This document shows positions 46,984 through 60,699 of a stretch of DNA of 64,000 bases, one piece after another (the first letter of the stretch is position 1; each line of letters begins with the position of its first letter). The stretch spans positions 117,448 to 181,447 of the forward strand of contig JAAWAM010000029.1 in NCBI GenBank assembly GCA_022792135.1. The letters run 5' to 3'. Position numbers and translations under genes: made by a program. Under the pieces are notes generated by a model. That model was not told the DNA's origin and did no database searches. It worked only from the letters and a program-made list of their open reading frames with translations. Origin of the DNA: Clostridia bacterium. GTDB taxonomy: Bacteria; Bacillota; Clostridia; TANB77; CAG-508.

Positions 46984-49900
46984 ATGAAGAAATATATCAT
47001 AGTAATTGTATTAATTGGATTAATATTAGGCTCTATCATTATGTATAATATTTTTCAGATACAAAGTGAAAAAACAAAATTTTTTAGTGAATCTGGATAT
47101 GTGTTACAGAGTCAATCAGAACAAAAAGTACAAAATGTAGAAAGGTACTATTTTAGTGCAAAAGAAAGCTATCAAAATAAATACAACCAAAAAGTTCTTT
47201 TTAAAGATACAAATGGAGATAAAATAGTCATTGATAAAAACAACTTTTTACATTATACGAATGGTTCTATGAGTGCCTTAACCAAAGGCGTTATTATGGA
47301 CTTGGCAAATATAGAATCAGATCCTATTTTGTATTATACCATACAAGAAAATATGATATTAAGAAAAAATGGAGATAAATATAGTGTTAAACATCTGAAT
47401 CAACAATTGGATTTTACAAATTTTATCTGGAAAATAGAAGATGAGAAATATTTAATTTGTGGTTCTCCTATTAACATTCATTTTCCAAATGGAGAAATCA
47501 AGGAAATCAATGGATACATAGAATTAGAATACGCAGATAATGAAGTGGTAAAAATTTATAACCAAGAGGTAACCTATCAAACAGTATCTTCGAATTTATA
47601 TCTTACTTTACCAGACGAAATTAAAATTAATATTTCCAATAAAATTGTAAGTAAGAATCATGAAAATAAAATGAGCTTAGAAAATATGATTATCAATTCA
47701 GATGATAATGTAGAAATTGTAGATATTGAAGAAGAAAAATACAAAGAAAAAACAGAAGAAAATGAAGTAGAAGAAAATAAAACAGAAGAAGAAAATCAAA
47801 CCAACAAGGCAAACAACACATCAAATGAAAATAATAGTGGAAACGGACAAGGAAATCATCAGCAAAATGAAGCAGGAATTGGAAATGTAAATGGAAATGG
47901 AAATGACCAAGAGGCAAATGGAACCATAGAGGGAACAAACAATGGGTCTGTTTTAGGAGGAAATGGTAATCAGACAGGAACAGGAGAAGAAGGAAATGAA
48001 ACCGTGGTAGAAGAAACACCACAAGTAATAGCACCTGTTTTTAAAGTAGAAGAATTAGAAGTAGATTCTATTAGCATGCAAGCTAAAATTACCATACAAG
48101 ATGACAATTCAACCTTAGTAGGAAATCCGCTGGTAAAGATATTAAAAAATGATACAGCAAAAACGGTATATGAAAAAGAAGAAAGTTCTGGTGTCTTTTC
48201 TTTGGATGTTAGTGTATCTTCTTTAGTACCAGATACAGAATATACCTTAGTAGTACAAGACACCTATCAAGTAGAAGAGGCCGAATATACTAAAAATTTT
48301 GTTTATAAAGTATTTCGAACAAAGTCAGCAGGAATTGATTTTGAAAAAGATTATTTTACCAATAACACCTTAGCCTTTCAAATTAAACTAGAAGAAGATT
48401 CCAAAGTAAAAGGTGCTGAAATGATAATAATGAATCAAAATGGAGAAATTGAACAAACCAGAAAGATTGATAGCACCCAAACCAAAAGTATAGAATTTAT
48501 AGGACTAAATTCAAATACGAATTATACGGTAGGAATTATCAATGTATTATATGATGGAGAAGTCATTACCAATGGATTTCAAATGCATAAAACATTCCAG
48601 ACCCTGAAAGAAAAACCAGAAATCAGTGGGACACAATTTGAGATTGATAAAAGAAATGGGCAATTTAAAATCGGATTACAAAATATGATAGATCCAGACA
48701 ATGGAATAAGAACGTGTCGTTATGAAATTTATGATACTAGAGTAGAAAATGAAGAGACAAAACCAGTTCTTACCATTGAGACCAATAAAAATGAACAAGT
48801 AACCATACCAGTGGATGGAAATAAAATTTTAAGAGGTGTACCTTATGTCTTCAAATTAGTGGCAACTTTTTATGATAATGAAAAAGAGATTGAATACGAG
48901 AGTGAATACAGTGATGTTATGAAAATGGATGGAGTAGAGTTTCCAACCGTAAGATTTGAAGAAAAAAATGTAACATTTGAAAGAATAGAAGGTTTACTAG
49001 TAATTGAGGATGATAGTAATACCATTGATTTGAGTAATAATCATGTATTCACAATTACATACACAGATTCGGTAGGAGTTACAGCTAGTTTTACCTCATC
49101 TGGAAGTCTAAAAATACCAGTATCCATTTATGGATTAAGAGCAAATGAGACCTATAAATTTTCAATCTATGGAACAGTAAACTTACAAGATGGAAATGAT
49201 GCAATTGAACAATGTTATATAGGAGGAGCCATTGTTAAAACAAAAATACCACAAAATCTAAAAGCTATGTTTGCAGAAGAAAGTGATGATGTAAAAAATA
49301 CATTTAATGTAGAGTTTCAATTACAAAATGATACAGATACAGTTGGAACTTTAGAAGCAGATACTTTATCTGGTATGACATTTCGTATTTATGCAGGACA
49401 AGCTGTAGAAGGAAGTCCCATCCGAACCAAAAGAGTAGTAGATAGCGATATAGCACCTTATATCAGTCTTTTAAAAGAAGAATATTACGATAAAAGTATA
49501 ACATTAACACCAGAATTTTTTGGAGCAACCAATCGAGATTTTAGAGATAAATACTATACGATTACAGTTGACAATGCGTATGATTATACACAATACCAAA
49601 ATAAAATTCCAATTGTATCCAATGTATATGTCGTGGAAACAAATGGATTTCGACCAGATTTACCAACTGACATAGAAAATGCATTAGACGTAGTAGAAAT
49701 TAGAAATAGAGATAAAGACCAAAGAGAAGAATTAGATGCTAGTATGGTAGTAGGATATCGTGTAACAGCCAAATATAACAACAGTGACTTATATGCAAGA
49801 AAAATTATTTATAAAGCTTATGACGCCAATACCAATGAATTAATCGAGACCAAAGAAGTAGACGTAGGAGAAAATGGTGTTATCCCACAAGTAGAATTTG

Positions 49901-52302
49901 AATTAGGAGATGGAACACCAAGTACAATCAAAGATACAGACCAACTAAGAAGAGGAAATCGTTATTATTTTACCTATGAAGCATTATTAGATTTAAACTC
50001 AGATGGAGTCGGAGAAACAATTTATCCTTATGAAGAAGAAGGTGTCGTTCTAAAATCAAGAATCGTAGCACCAATTAAACAAGAACCAAAAATAGAAATG
50101 TATCCATCTACATCAACAGGAAATACCGTTACCTATAAATATAAAGCAAGTGACATTGATCATGCCCTACAAAACAACCAAATGGTAGCATCCATAGGAA
50201 ATAACATAAGAGATACCAGAACATTTGAAACACAAATGACAGAAGAATATCAAGAAATAACGTTTGGAAATTTAATACCAGGAAACATCTCTTTAAATGT
50301 TACACAAATATTAAACAAAAATGAATTTGCCCAAACAAAACAAATTACAGAATATTATTTTGAAGGAAAAGTAACGTTAGATACCGCACAATACAATGTA
50401 TCTTTAGATTCTAACAAAGTTATTATTACATTATTAAATATAGGAGATAAATTGAATCGAATTGCTTCTGTTTCAGTAGAATTTGTAGGAGAAGATAAGA
50501 CACTTGAAAAAGAATTCTTATATCCAGAAAATAATATGATTGTAGTGAATTTAAATGAATTAGCAGAATTTGTAAAGCAAAGTGTAACCGTAAATGTGTA
50601 TGCATATTATGATACGGGATTAATTGGATTTGATATGGAAAGTGAGTATAAACTATTACAAAAAGCTTATAAAACAGGTGAAGAAAACTATTACTATACC
50701 TTAAACAATGAAAAGAATTTAGGACTAACTCCAACAGCAGCTCAAAATATGTATCAGATTAATCGAACAGGAACTTCCTTAGCTATCATAGATCCAAGGA
50801 ATCCTAATAACAATGCCGATATTCAGTTAATGCAAATTAGTGGAGGATTCGCTTATGAATATGATTTAATTCAACAAAAAGAGGTAAAAAAAGAAGCTCT
50901 TAAAACAGATGGAAGCAATGTGATATCTTTTGATGTTATTATTCCAGGAATTCGATTAATGAATGAGGCAGGAGAACTTAATATTACTTCTGAATTAGAC
51001 CGTGTTGAATTGAAAGCATCTATTATTAGTCAAAATTTTGTCAATCTACAAGATGACTTAATTTATATAGAATTATATAAGACAGATGATAATGGAAATA
51101 ATGAAGAATTCGTTAAAATAGAAACACGAAAATTACAAGACTTTGATGAGTATATTACAATAAATGGATTAGAACCAAAAAATTATTACTTTATTCGATT
51201 TAAAACAAATATCGTATTAGAGGATGGTAGAATAGAAGAAAAATATCTATATGATATGGATTATCAAGTGCTAGGAAAAAATTATTACTTTTCTACTTTA
51301 GCAAATGTTGGAATTACAGATGTAAAAGTAGTTTACAATCCAGTTACCTATCGAAATAAAACAGTTGATATTACGTATCAACTAGATCGAATATTTGGTT
51401 ACCAAAAAATTGTATATACCATTCAAAAATGGAAAGAAGAAACACAACAATATGAAACAGTAATCGATAATATACAAGATACGCTATTTAAAAAAGAAAT
51501 GTTAAAACAAATAGAAAGTAATCCAGGTAGTGTTTTTGAATTTGGAAAGAATTATAAACTTATCATAAGACCAATTGCACAAATCGAAAATGAGGATGGA
51601 ACACAAAGAGAATTAGAATTAGGAATCGTAGAACATGAGTTTAAACTACAAGAACTAAAAAAACCATTAGTAGGAATTAATGCAGCAAGGCCAACGAATG
51701 ATAGTATTAATTTTAGAATTACCCTATATGATGAAGACAGAACAACACAAAATGATGAATATACCATAAAAGTGCTAAATCATAGACAAGAAGATATTAC
51801 ACCAGAAGAATATGCGGGTCAAAAATTTAGTACGAATCTATTAAATAATATCATAAGATTAGAACAAATTGATCCAACCAAAGAATATAGCATTGAAATT
51901 ATTACCTTAGTAGACTATGACAATGATGGAAAAGACTTAGTAGAAGTTAAGAAAACTTATACCATGTTACCAATCAATAGTAGTGGAATTTCACTTGGAA
52001 AAGTCACAACAAGTAATAATAAAATACAAAAAAGCAAAATCGACTTAGTATTTAATAACAGTTACAAATTAACAGAAATTGATCAGATTCGATATTCTAT
52101 CTATAATATCAATGGTTACTCTATTAGTGGAACACAAGACTTTATTCCAACAGAAACCATAGTAGATGGAGAAAGCATTTATACCTTTACCATTGATAAA
52201 AGCTTAAGAGAAGCAGGAAGATATTATATGGAAATACAATTCTTAAAAGACAATGAAATCGTAGAAACTTGTTCATTAGAACATACCTACTTAGAGGAAT
52301 AA
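46984..52302 (+). CDS. giant (1772 aa) N-terminally anchored surface protein with an N/G/Q-rich linker and many FN3/Ig-like repeats
   Basis: The RBS is gggagga, and the N-terminal TM is IIVIVLIGLILGSIIMYNIF. A low-complexity linker spans about aa 265..335. The motif L-x-P-[DN]-T-x-Y-x-[VIL] recurs (LVPDTEYTLVV, LNSNTNYTVGI, LRANETYKFSI, LEPKNYYFIRF, IDPTKEYSIEI). Confidence 0.7.
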   Translation: MKKYIIVIVLIGLILGSIIMYNIFQIQSEKTKFFSESGYVLQSQSEQKVQNVERYYFSAKESYQNKYNQKVLFKDTNGDKIVIDKNNFLHYTNGSMSALTKGVIMDLANIESDPILYYTIQENMILRKNGDKYSVKHLNQQLDFTNFIWKIEDEKYLICGSPINIHFPNGEIKEINGYIELEYADNEVVKIYNQEVTYQTVSSNLYLTLPDEIKINISNKIVSKNHENKMSLENMIINSDDNVEIVDIEEEKYKEKTEENEVEENKTEEENQTNKANNTSNENNSGNGQGNHQQNEAGIGNVNGNGNDQEANGTIEGTNNGSVLGGNGNQTGTGEEGNETVVEETPQVIAPVFKVEELEVDSISMQAKITIQDDNSTLVGNPLVKILKNDTAKTVYEKEESSGVFSLDVSVSSLVPDTEYTLVVQDTYQVEEAEYTKNFVYKVFRTKSAGIDFEKDYFTNNTLAFQIKLEEDSKVKGAEMIIMNQNGEIEQTRKIDSTQTKSIEFIGLNSNTNYTVGIINVLYDGEVITNGFQMHKTFQTLKEKPEISGTQFEIDKRNGQFKIGLQNMIDPDNGIRTCRYEIYDTRVENEETKPVLTIETNKNEQVTIPVDGNKILRGVPYVFKLVATFYDNEKEIEYESEYSDVMKMDGVEFPTVRFEEKNVTFERIEGLLVIEDDSNTIDLSNNHVFTITYTDSVGVTASFTSSGSLKIPVSIYGLRANETYKFSIYGTVNLQDGNDAIEQCYIGGAIVKTKIPQNLKAMFAEESDDVKNTFNVEFQLQNDTDTVGTLEADTLSGMTFRIYAGQAVEGSPIRTKRVVDSDIAPYISLLKEEYYDKSITLTPEFFGATNRDFRDKYYTITVDNAYDYTQYQNKIPIVSNVYVVETNGFRPDLPTDIENALDVVEIRNRDKDQREELDASMVVGYRVTAKYNNSDLYARKIIYKAYDANTNELIETKEVDVGENGVIPQVEFELGDGTPSTIKDTDQLRRGNRYYFTYEALLDLNSDGVGETIYPYEEEGVVLKSRIVAPIKQEPKIEMYPSTSTGNTVTYKYKASDIDHALQNNQMVASIGNNIRDTRTFETQMTEEYQEITFGNLIPGNISLNVTQILNKNEFAQTKQITEYYFEGKVTLDTAQYNVSLDSNKVIITLLNIGDKLNRIASVSVEFVGEDKTLEKEFLYPENNMIVVNLNELAEFVKQSVTVNVYAYYDTGLIGFDMESEYKLLQKAYKTGEENYYYTLNNEKNLGLTPTAAQNMYQINRTGTSLAIIDPRNPNNNADIQLMQISGGFAYEYDLIQQKEVKKEALKTDGSNVISFDVIIPGIRLMNEAGELNITSELDRVELKASIISQNFVNLQDDLIYIELYKTDDNGNNEEFVKIETRKLQDFDEYITINGLEPKNYYFIRFKTNIVLEDGRIEEKYLYDMDYQVLGKNYYFSTLANVGITDVKVVYNPVTYRNKTVDITYQLDRIFGYQKIVYTIQKWKEETQQYETVIDNIQDTLFKKEMLKQIESNPGSVFEFGKNYKLIIRPIAQIENEDGTQRELELGIVEHEFKLQELKKPLVGINAARPTNDSINFRITLYDEDRTTQNDEYTIKVLNHRQEDITPEEYAGQKFSTNLLNNIIRLEQIDPTKEYSIEIITLVDYDNDGKDLVEVKKTYTMLPINSSGISLGKVTTSNNKIQKSKIDLVFNNSYKLTEIDQIRYSIYNINGYSISGTQDFIPTETIVDGESIYTFTIDKSLREAGRYYMEIQFLKDNEIVETCSLEHTYLEE

Positions 52303-52322
52303 AAGAAAAGAGGTGAAAAAGA

Positions 52323-53810
52323 TTGCGAACCTTATCAGCAGGAAATAAAAAAGTATTTACAATATTTGCAGCTATCATCGTCCTAATTATAGGAGTCTTA
52401 GTAGTCGCATTAAGTTGTGTACTAACGATTGATAAAGAAGACTATACCATTCAAGCTAATAGTATCGTATTTGACAAAGAAAATAACGCAATGGAAGTAA
52501 AAGAAAATGGAACCATCTATCAAAAATGGGATCAAAACTACTATTTAAAAATGGGAAAAGAAGAATATGCGCTAGGAAAACAAGCAATTGTTTACCTACC
52601 AAACAGAAACAAAGTTTATGTCTATGGAAATACATTTGAAGTACAACCAAAAGGAGAAATTACTAAAATTACAAAAGAGACAGAAATTGGCGATTTAAAA
52701 AGAGACAGATTCTTTAAATTAGAAGATAGAAAGTATTTAGTGGTAGGCGCAGAAATCAAAAATCAGACAGAAAGTATTCGTACCAAAAATTACTTAATGA
52801 TTCAATTAGACAAATCAGGAAATACTTTGCTTTCTAATCAAGAAGTTAATATGAAAACCATTAAACCAATGATAATCACTACCTCAACTTATCAATTTGA
52901 TGTAGCCAATGAAAAACTATATTTTGGAGAAGAAGAAATTGACTTAAAGAAAATAATAGGAAGTTCAAACGAATATAAAGAGGTAGAAAAACAAATCAAT
53001 GATACAGAAGAAGAGAAAAAGGATATTCAACAAATAGAAGGAAATGAGCCAATCCAAAATAACCAAAACAATAAAGAAAATCAAAATAGTGGAAACAATC
53101 CAAATGGAGCAAATGGTTCTTATCCTTCCCATAATAAGCAAGACCAAATCAATGCAGGAGGGAATGGACAAGCAGGAGGGATTCAGGTAGGAAATGGGCA
53201 AAACCAAAACCAAAATCAGAATCAGAGTCAAAATAAAACACCATTGTCCAAAAGTATAAACTTAAGAGGAATTACACCAAGATCATCTTCTTTAGATATA
53301 CAATATGCTATCTTAGACCCAGAAAACAAATATCAAACCATTATCTTGGATATACAAGGAGATATTCAAAAAACCATTGCCTTAGATAAAACACAAAGAA
53401 ATTATATTGTAACAGGTTTAACACCAAATTCAGAATATAAGGTAACCTTAGCTTATAAAGAAATCTTAACAAACAATACAGTAGTAGATGGAATTGAGGA
53501 TACCATGATTGTTAGAACTTCTAAAGTTTCAGATTCCATTACGATTACAAAAATGGCACAAAATAGATTATATTTTACCTATAAAATGGATAAAAATTAT
53601 GTCTATGAATCTGCTAAAATAGGATTTTATTTAGATGGAGCGAAACAAGGTGAGATGGATATTGATATACAAGCAGCTGTATCGAGTCAAGGTTGGTCAA
53701 CGAGTATAGAATATAGTTATGGAAATGAAATGATTTTAAAATTAGAGAATGTAAGATACGAAGGAAAAGAAATAAAAAGAGATTTACAAGCAAAACTAAA
53801 AATGTATTAA
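52323..53810 (+). CDS. N-terminally anchored 495-aa protein with the same architecture (juxtamembrane domain, N/Q/G linker, FN3-like domains)
   Basis: The TTG start lies 7 nt after agaggtg. TM: IFAAIIVLIIGVLVVALSCVL. The linker is NNQNNKENQNSGNNPNGANG...NQNQNQNQSQN. An FN3-like motif, LTPNSEYKVTL, is present. Confidence 0.65.
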   Translation: MRTLSAGNKKVFTIFAAIIVLIIGVLVVALSCVLTIDKEDYTIQANSIVFDKENNAMEVKENGTIYQKWDQNYYLKMGKEEYALGKQAIVYLPNRNKVYVYGNTFEVQPKGEITKITKETEIGDLKRDRFFKLEDRKYLVVGAEIKNQTESIRTKNYLMIQLDKSGNTLLSNQEVNMKTIKPMIITTSTYQFDVANEKLYFGEEEIDLKKIIGSSNEYKEVEKQINDTEEEKKDIQQIEGNEPIQNNQNNKENQNSGNNPNGANGSYPSHNKQDQINAGGNGQAGGIQVGNGQNQNQNQNQSQNKTPLSKSINLRGITPRSSSLDIQYAILDPENKYQTIILDIQGDIQKTIALDKTQRNYIVTGLTPNSEYKVTLAYKEILTNNTVVDGIEDTMIVRTSKVSDSITITKMAQNRLYFTYKMDKNYVYESAKIGFYLDGAKQGEMDIDIQAAVSSQGWSTSIEYSYGNEMILKLENVRYEGKEIKRDLQAKLKMY

Positions 53811-54074
<264 letters not shown>

Positions 54075-54101
54075 AAAGTAAGTAAACTTTGAAATGAAAT
54101 A

Positions 54102-54139
54102 AAAGGGTTCTGGCTATAACGTATGACAAGGAACCCTTT
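54102..54139 (+). promoter_or_regulatory. intra-operon hairpin after the c-like gene
   Basis: aaagggttc at 54102..54110 pairs with gaacccttt at 54131..54139, with a 20-nt loop. Confidence 0.45.
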
Positions 54140-54161
54140 AAGGAAAGGAAGAAGACAATAC

Positions 54162-54956
54162 ATGGAATCTATATTAGCCATACTAGTTTCTATTATAATC
54201 ATGGTAAGTTTTGCAGTATTTGTCATGAAAAATGTAATTAAAAAGATGAATCGAAACACAAAAAAATACTTTATGGATAAATTACAAGATTATGATTATA
54301 TCATCGATGAAAAAAAGAAAGAAATAGAAGAGCTAAACAGTGAGATAAATACATTAAAAGAAGAAATAGAAATTAGTAAAGAAATAGAAGAATATAGAAA
54401 ACATAAAGCAGAGCCGAAAGTAGTCCAAAAGACCAAACCAATCGAAGAGAAACAAGATATTGTTTATGATATTCCAACACCACAATATAGGCAAGACCAA
54501 TTTTTTACAACTTATAAGAAACTAAAAAAGCAATTTATTGTAGATAGTAAAGAAATATTGCAAAAATTTATAGAAGAGCATAATCATGAACCAGAAGACA
54601 AAGAATATAAGAAATTACAAAAGATAAAAAGCTATTTTAATCAAGAAGCACTATATCAATGTTTAACATTAACACCAGAGGAGCAATATAGATTAATAAA
54701 AGAAGTTTTAAAGAAAGAAGAAGAAAAAATATTACAATTAAACAAATATGATGCTAGAGATTTTTCTATTTTAGAATTAGTAGAAAAAATAGAGATTAGA
54801 ATGAAAGAAATCGACCCAACCATCTATGTTTATGTAGGAAGTGAAGAAATCAATTATGATTTCTTAGGAGAACGAGTTAAAACGCAATTTTATCAAAATA
54901 TGTCAGAAGGAATTATTATCAAATATCACAATAAAATGTATGATTATAGTATATAA
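54162..54956 (+). CDS. b-subunit-like stalk protein (N-terminal TM plus a long charged coiled coil)
   Basis: TM: ILAILVSIIIMVSFAVFVM, followed by EKKKEIEELNSEINTLKEEIEISKE... The gene sits in the atpF position. The track ORF starts at 54123, inside the hairpin loop. Confidence 0.5.
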   Translation: MESILAILVSIIIMVSFAVFVMKNVIKKMNRNTKKYFMDKLQDYDYIIDEKKKEIEELNSEINTLKEEIEISKEIEEYRKHKAEPKVVQKTKPIEEKQDIVYDIPTPQYRQDQFFTTYKKLKKQFIVDSKEILQKFIEEHNHEPEDKEYKKLQKIKSYFNQEALYQCLTLTPEEQYRLIKEVLKKEEEKILQLNKYDARDFSILELVEKIEIRMKEIDPTIYVYVGSEEINYDFLGERVKTQFYQNMSEGIIIKYHNKMYDYSI

Positions 54957-54992
54957 AAAATAGTTTAAAACTTAGGAAGGAAGAATCAGAAT

Positions 54993-56324
54993 ATGGCAAA
55001 AACACACATTGACCAATTGGTAAATGAAAAAATCAAGGAAATAAAAGAAGAAAAGAATATTTTTGACACAGGAAAAGTAATAAGAGTACAAGACTACATC
55101 ATAGAAGTATCTGGATTAGAAAATGTAGCTTTTTTTGAAAAAGTAATCATCTGGGGAAAAGGCATGGGATATGTAAATGAAATCAGAGAAAATTCTGTTA
55201 TAGTAGCTGTTGTAAAACAATATCAGCCAATCCAAATAGGAGATGAAGTAAAAAGTAGTAATGAAACATTTAAAGCGATTTTTGCAGAAGAAGCAATGGG
55301 AAGAGTAACCGATTTGTTTGGTGTGGATCAATTAACAGGAAGAGCTTTTGAAAAATTTCGTTATATTGAGATAGAAAATCCAACGATTTCGATTATGGAT
55401 CGAACGCAAGTAAATCGACCACTAAAAACGGGAATTTCTGGAATTGATTTAATTTATCCGATCGGAAAAGGACAAAGACAATTAATCATTGGAGATAAAA
55501 GAACAGGAAAAACACAAATTGCACTTGATGCAATTGTGAATCAAGGAAAATTGAAAGAAGATATGGTATGTATTTATATAGCAGTAGGAAAGACAAAAAA
55601 GGAAATTAAAACGATTTATAATGAATTACTAAAAAGAAATAGCCTTTCTTATACAACCATGGTAGTAGCTACCAATGATGATAAGCCACCAGTTCTTAGT
55701 TTAATTCCTTATGTAGGGTTATCCATTGCAGAAGAATATCTAAAACAGAAAAAAGATGTATTAGTTGTGATTGATGATTTAAAGAAACATGCAGATGCTT
55801 ATCGAGAAATCAGTTTAATTTCGAATAAAGCACCTGGAAGAGAAGCTTACCCAGCAGATATTTTCTATTTGCATTCTAGATTATTAGAAAAAGGATGCCA
55901 ACATAAAAATGGAGGTTCTATTACCATTTTACCAATTGTAGAAACCAAAGGAGGAGATATTACCGATTATATCTCTACCAACATTATTTCCATTACAGAT
56001 GGTCAAATTGTATTATCAGACAAACAATTTAGTAAAGGAAAAAAACCTGCCATAGATTACGGAATTTCAGTATCTCGTTTAGGGGGAGCAGTGCAAACCA
56101 CTGAAATAAAAAAACTAGGAGCCAGCATTCGAAGACAATTGTTAAGTTATTTAGAGACAAAAGAAGTTTATGAATTGGCTAATATGGATGAAATGAGTGA
56201 AGAATTAAGAAACAAGATGAAAAAAGGACAAGCCATTGAAGCAAGTCTAATTCAACAAAAATTTAGTCCAAAATCGGCAGAAGAGATTTTAGAAATATTC
56301 GGGCAGTTCGAAAAAGAGGTGTAG
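54993..56324 (+). CDS. F1 ATPase alpha-subunit-like protein (443 aa, shorter than the canonical ~500 aa)
   Basis: The P-loop is GDKRTGKT (canonical GDRQTGKT). Also present are PGREAYPADIFYLHSRLLE and the Arg-finger region ISVSRLGGAVQT. Confidence 0.8.
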   Translation: MAKTHIDQLVNEKIKEIKEEKNIFDTGKVIRVQDYIIEVSGLENVAFFEKVIIWGKGMGYVNEIRENSVIVAVVKQYQPIQIGDEVKSSNETFKAIFAEEAMGRVTDLFGVDQLTGRAFEKFRYIEIENPTISIMDRTQVNRPLKTGISGIDLIYPIGKGQRQLIIGDKRTGKTQIALDAIVNQGKLKEDMVCIYIAVGKTKKEIKTIYNELLKRNSLSYTTMVVATNDDKPPVLSLIPYVGLSIAEEYLKQKKDVLVVIDDLKKHADAYREISLISNKAPGREAYPADIFYLHSRLLEKGCQHKNGGSITILPIVETKGGDITDYISTNIISITDGQIVLSDKQFSKGKKPAIDYGISVSRLGGAVQTTEIKKLGASIRRQLLSYLETKEVYELANMDEMSEELRNKMKKGQAIEASLIQQKFSPKSAEEILEIFGQFEKEV

Positions 56325-56331
56325 TAGAAAA

Positions 56332-59182
<2,851 letters not shown>

Positions 59183-59199
59183 TCAATACAAAGGAGTGA

Positions 59200-59453
<254 letters not shown>

Positions 59454-59454
<1 letters not shown>

Positions 59455-59987
59455 TGGAAAACGTATTCTATCAATTTAACAAATTATCAAATATTATGAT
59501 AACTTTTTTAATGTCAATTATGTTATTAGGATGTATTTTATATACAAAAACAAAGGTGTTTAAAGGAACCGAAAGAGAAATTAAGCTATATGGAATGTTA
59601 ATGGGAATGAATCGTCTGGATATTATCATAATAGCCATACAATTCATACAAGCGATTACATTTACCTATGCAGCAATCATAAAACAAGTTGATGTGAAAT
59701 TATATGCAATTATGTTAGCCATTACAACTGGATTTTATGTACTCTATAAAATAAGGAGTATTTTCTTTGAAAGTATGAGTTTGTTAACACAAATTATCGC
59801 TATCTATCTGAATCAAACATTATATCAATATACGATAGAGACAAAGGAAAACCCATTTGTTCAAGTACTGCAAGTAATATTAACTACTTTTATGATATTG
59901 TATGCCATTTATGCTTTTTTAACCCATTTAGATGGAGTGATTCAACAAAATAAAAATGTAAGGAGGAATACAAGTGAAAAAACATAA
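59454..59987 (+). CDS. polytopic membrane protein (177 aa), translationally coupled to the epsilon-like gene
   Basis: The GTG start overlaps the preceding TAG (taGTG). There are 4-5 predicted TM helices. Confidence 0.55.
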
Positions 59988-60663
59988 AGTTATAGCCATT
60001 GTTGCCGTTTTATTATTTATGAGTATCTTATTGGTAGTAGGGTTATTATTAAATCGATTAAATACAACGAAAATAGAAGAACACAGTTTTTATCAATATT
60101 TTATGGGAAGAAAGTTTGAGTATAAGGGAGGATTAAAGTTAACGAGAAAAAATGATATTACAGAACTTACCTTCCAAGATACACAAGTACAATTAGACTC
60201 TACACCAGTTTATTATGCTGATATAGAAAATAAAGTATTATTTCCAGAAGATATGGCTCTTGTATTTCCAAGTCAAAATGGATTGATGTATAAAATTGAC
60301 CATTTTTCCAATCTGTTTTTCGAGACAGAAACGACTTATCTAGAGAAAGAGGGAAGGACAGCTCTAAAAAATGCCTTTTTATTTGATGGGCAAGATTTAT
60401 ATTTTTTTCTAGAAAAAACAACTTTAAAAGTAGGAGAAGAACAATATGAATTATCACCACTTTCTTATGTGATTTGTAGCTATCAAGATACGATAGAGAT
60501 TTATCAAAAAGAGCAAGATAAGTATACAATTTTAGAAAATAAGTCAAAAGAAGTATTCGCCAGTACCAGTGAATATACCATCAATTTAAATACAGACAGT
60601 ATACAAATGGGTGAACAACAACAATTATTAATTAAAAACAAAGATAAATTACAGAATTTTTAA
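59974..60663 (+). CDS. N-terminally anchored 229-aa protein
   Basis: The GTG start lies 7 nt after aggagg and overlaps the previous gene by 14 nt. TM: VIAIVAVLLFMSILLVVGLLL. Confidence 0.55.
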   Translation: MKKHKVIAIVAVLLFMSILLVVGLLLNRLNTTKIEEHSFYQYFMGRKFEYKGGLKLTRKNDITELTFQDTQVQLDSTPVYYADIENKVLFPEDMALVFPSQNGLMYKIDHFSNLFFETETTYLEKEGRTALKNAFLFDGQDLYFFLEKTTLKVGEEQYELSPLSYVICSYQDTIEIYQKEQDKYTILENKSKEVFASTSEYTINLNTDSIQMGEQQQLLIKNKDKLQNF

Positions 60664-60699
60664 ATAAACGAGATATCTGATGAAAGGAAAGGGAGAAAA

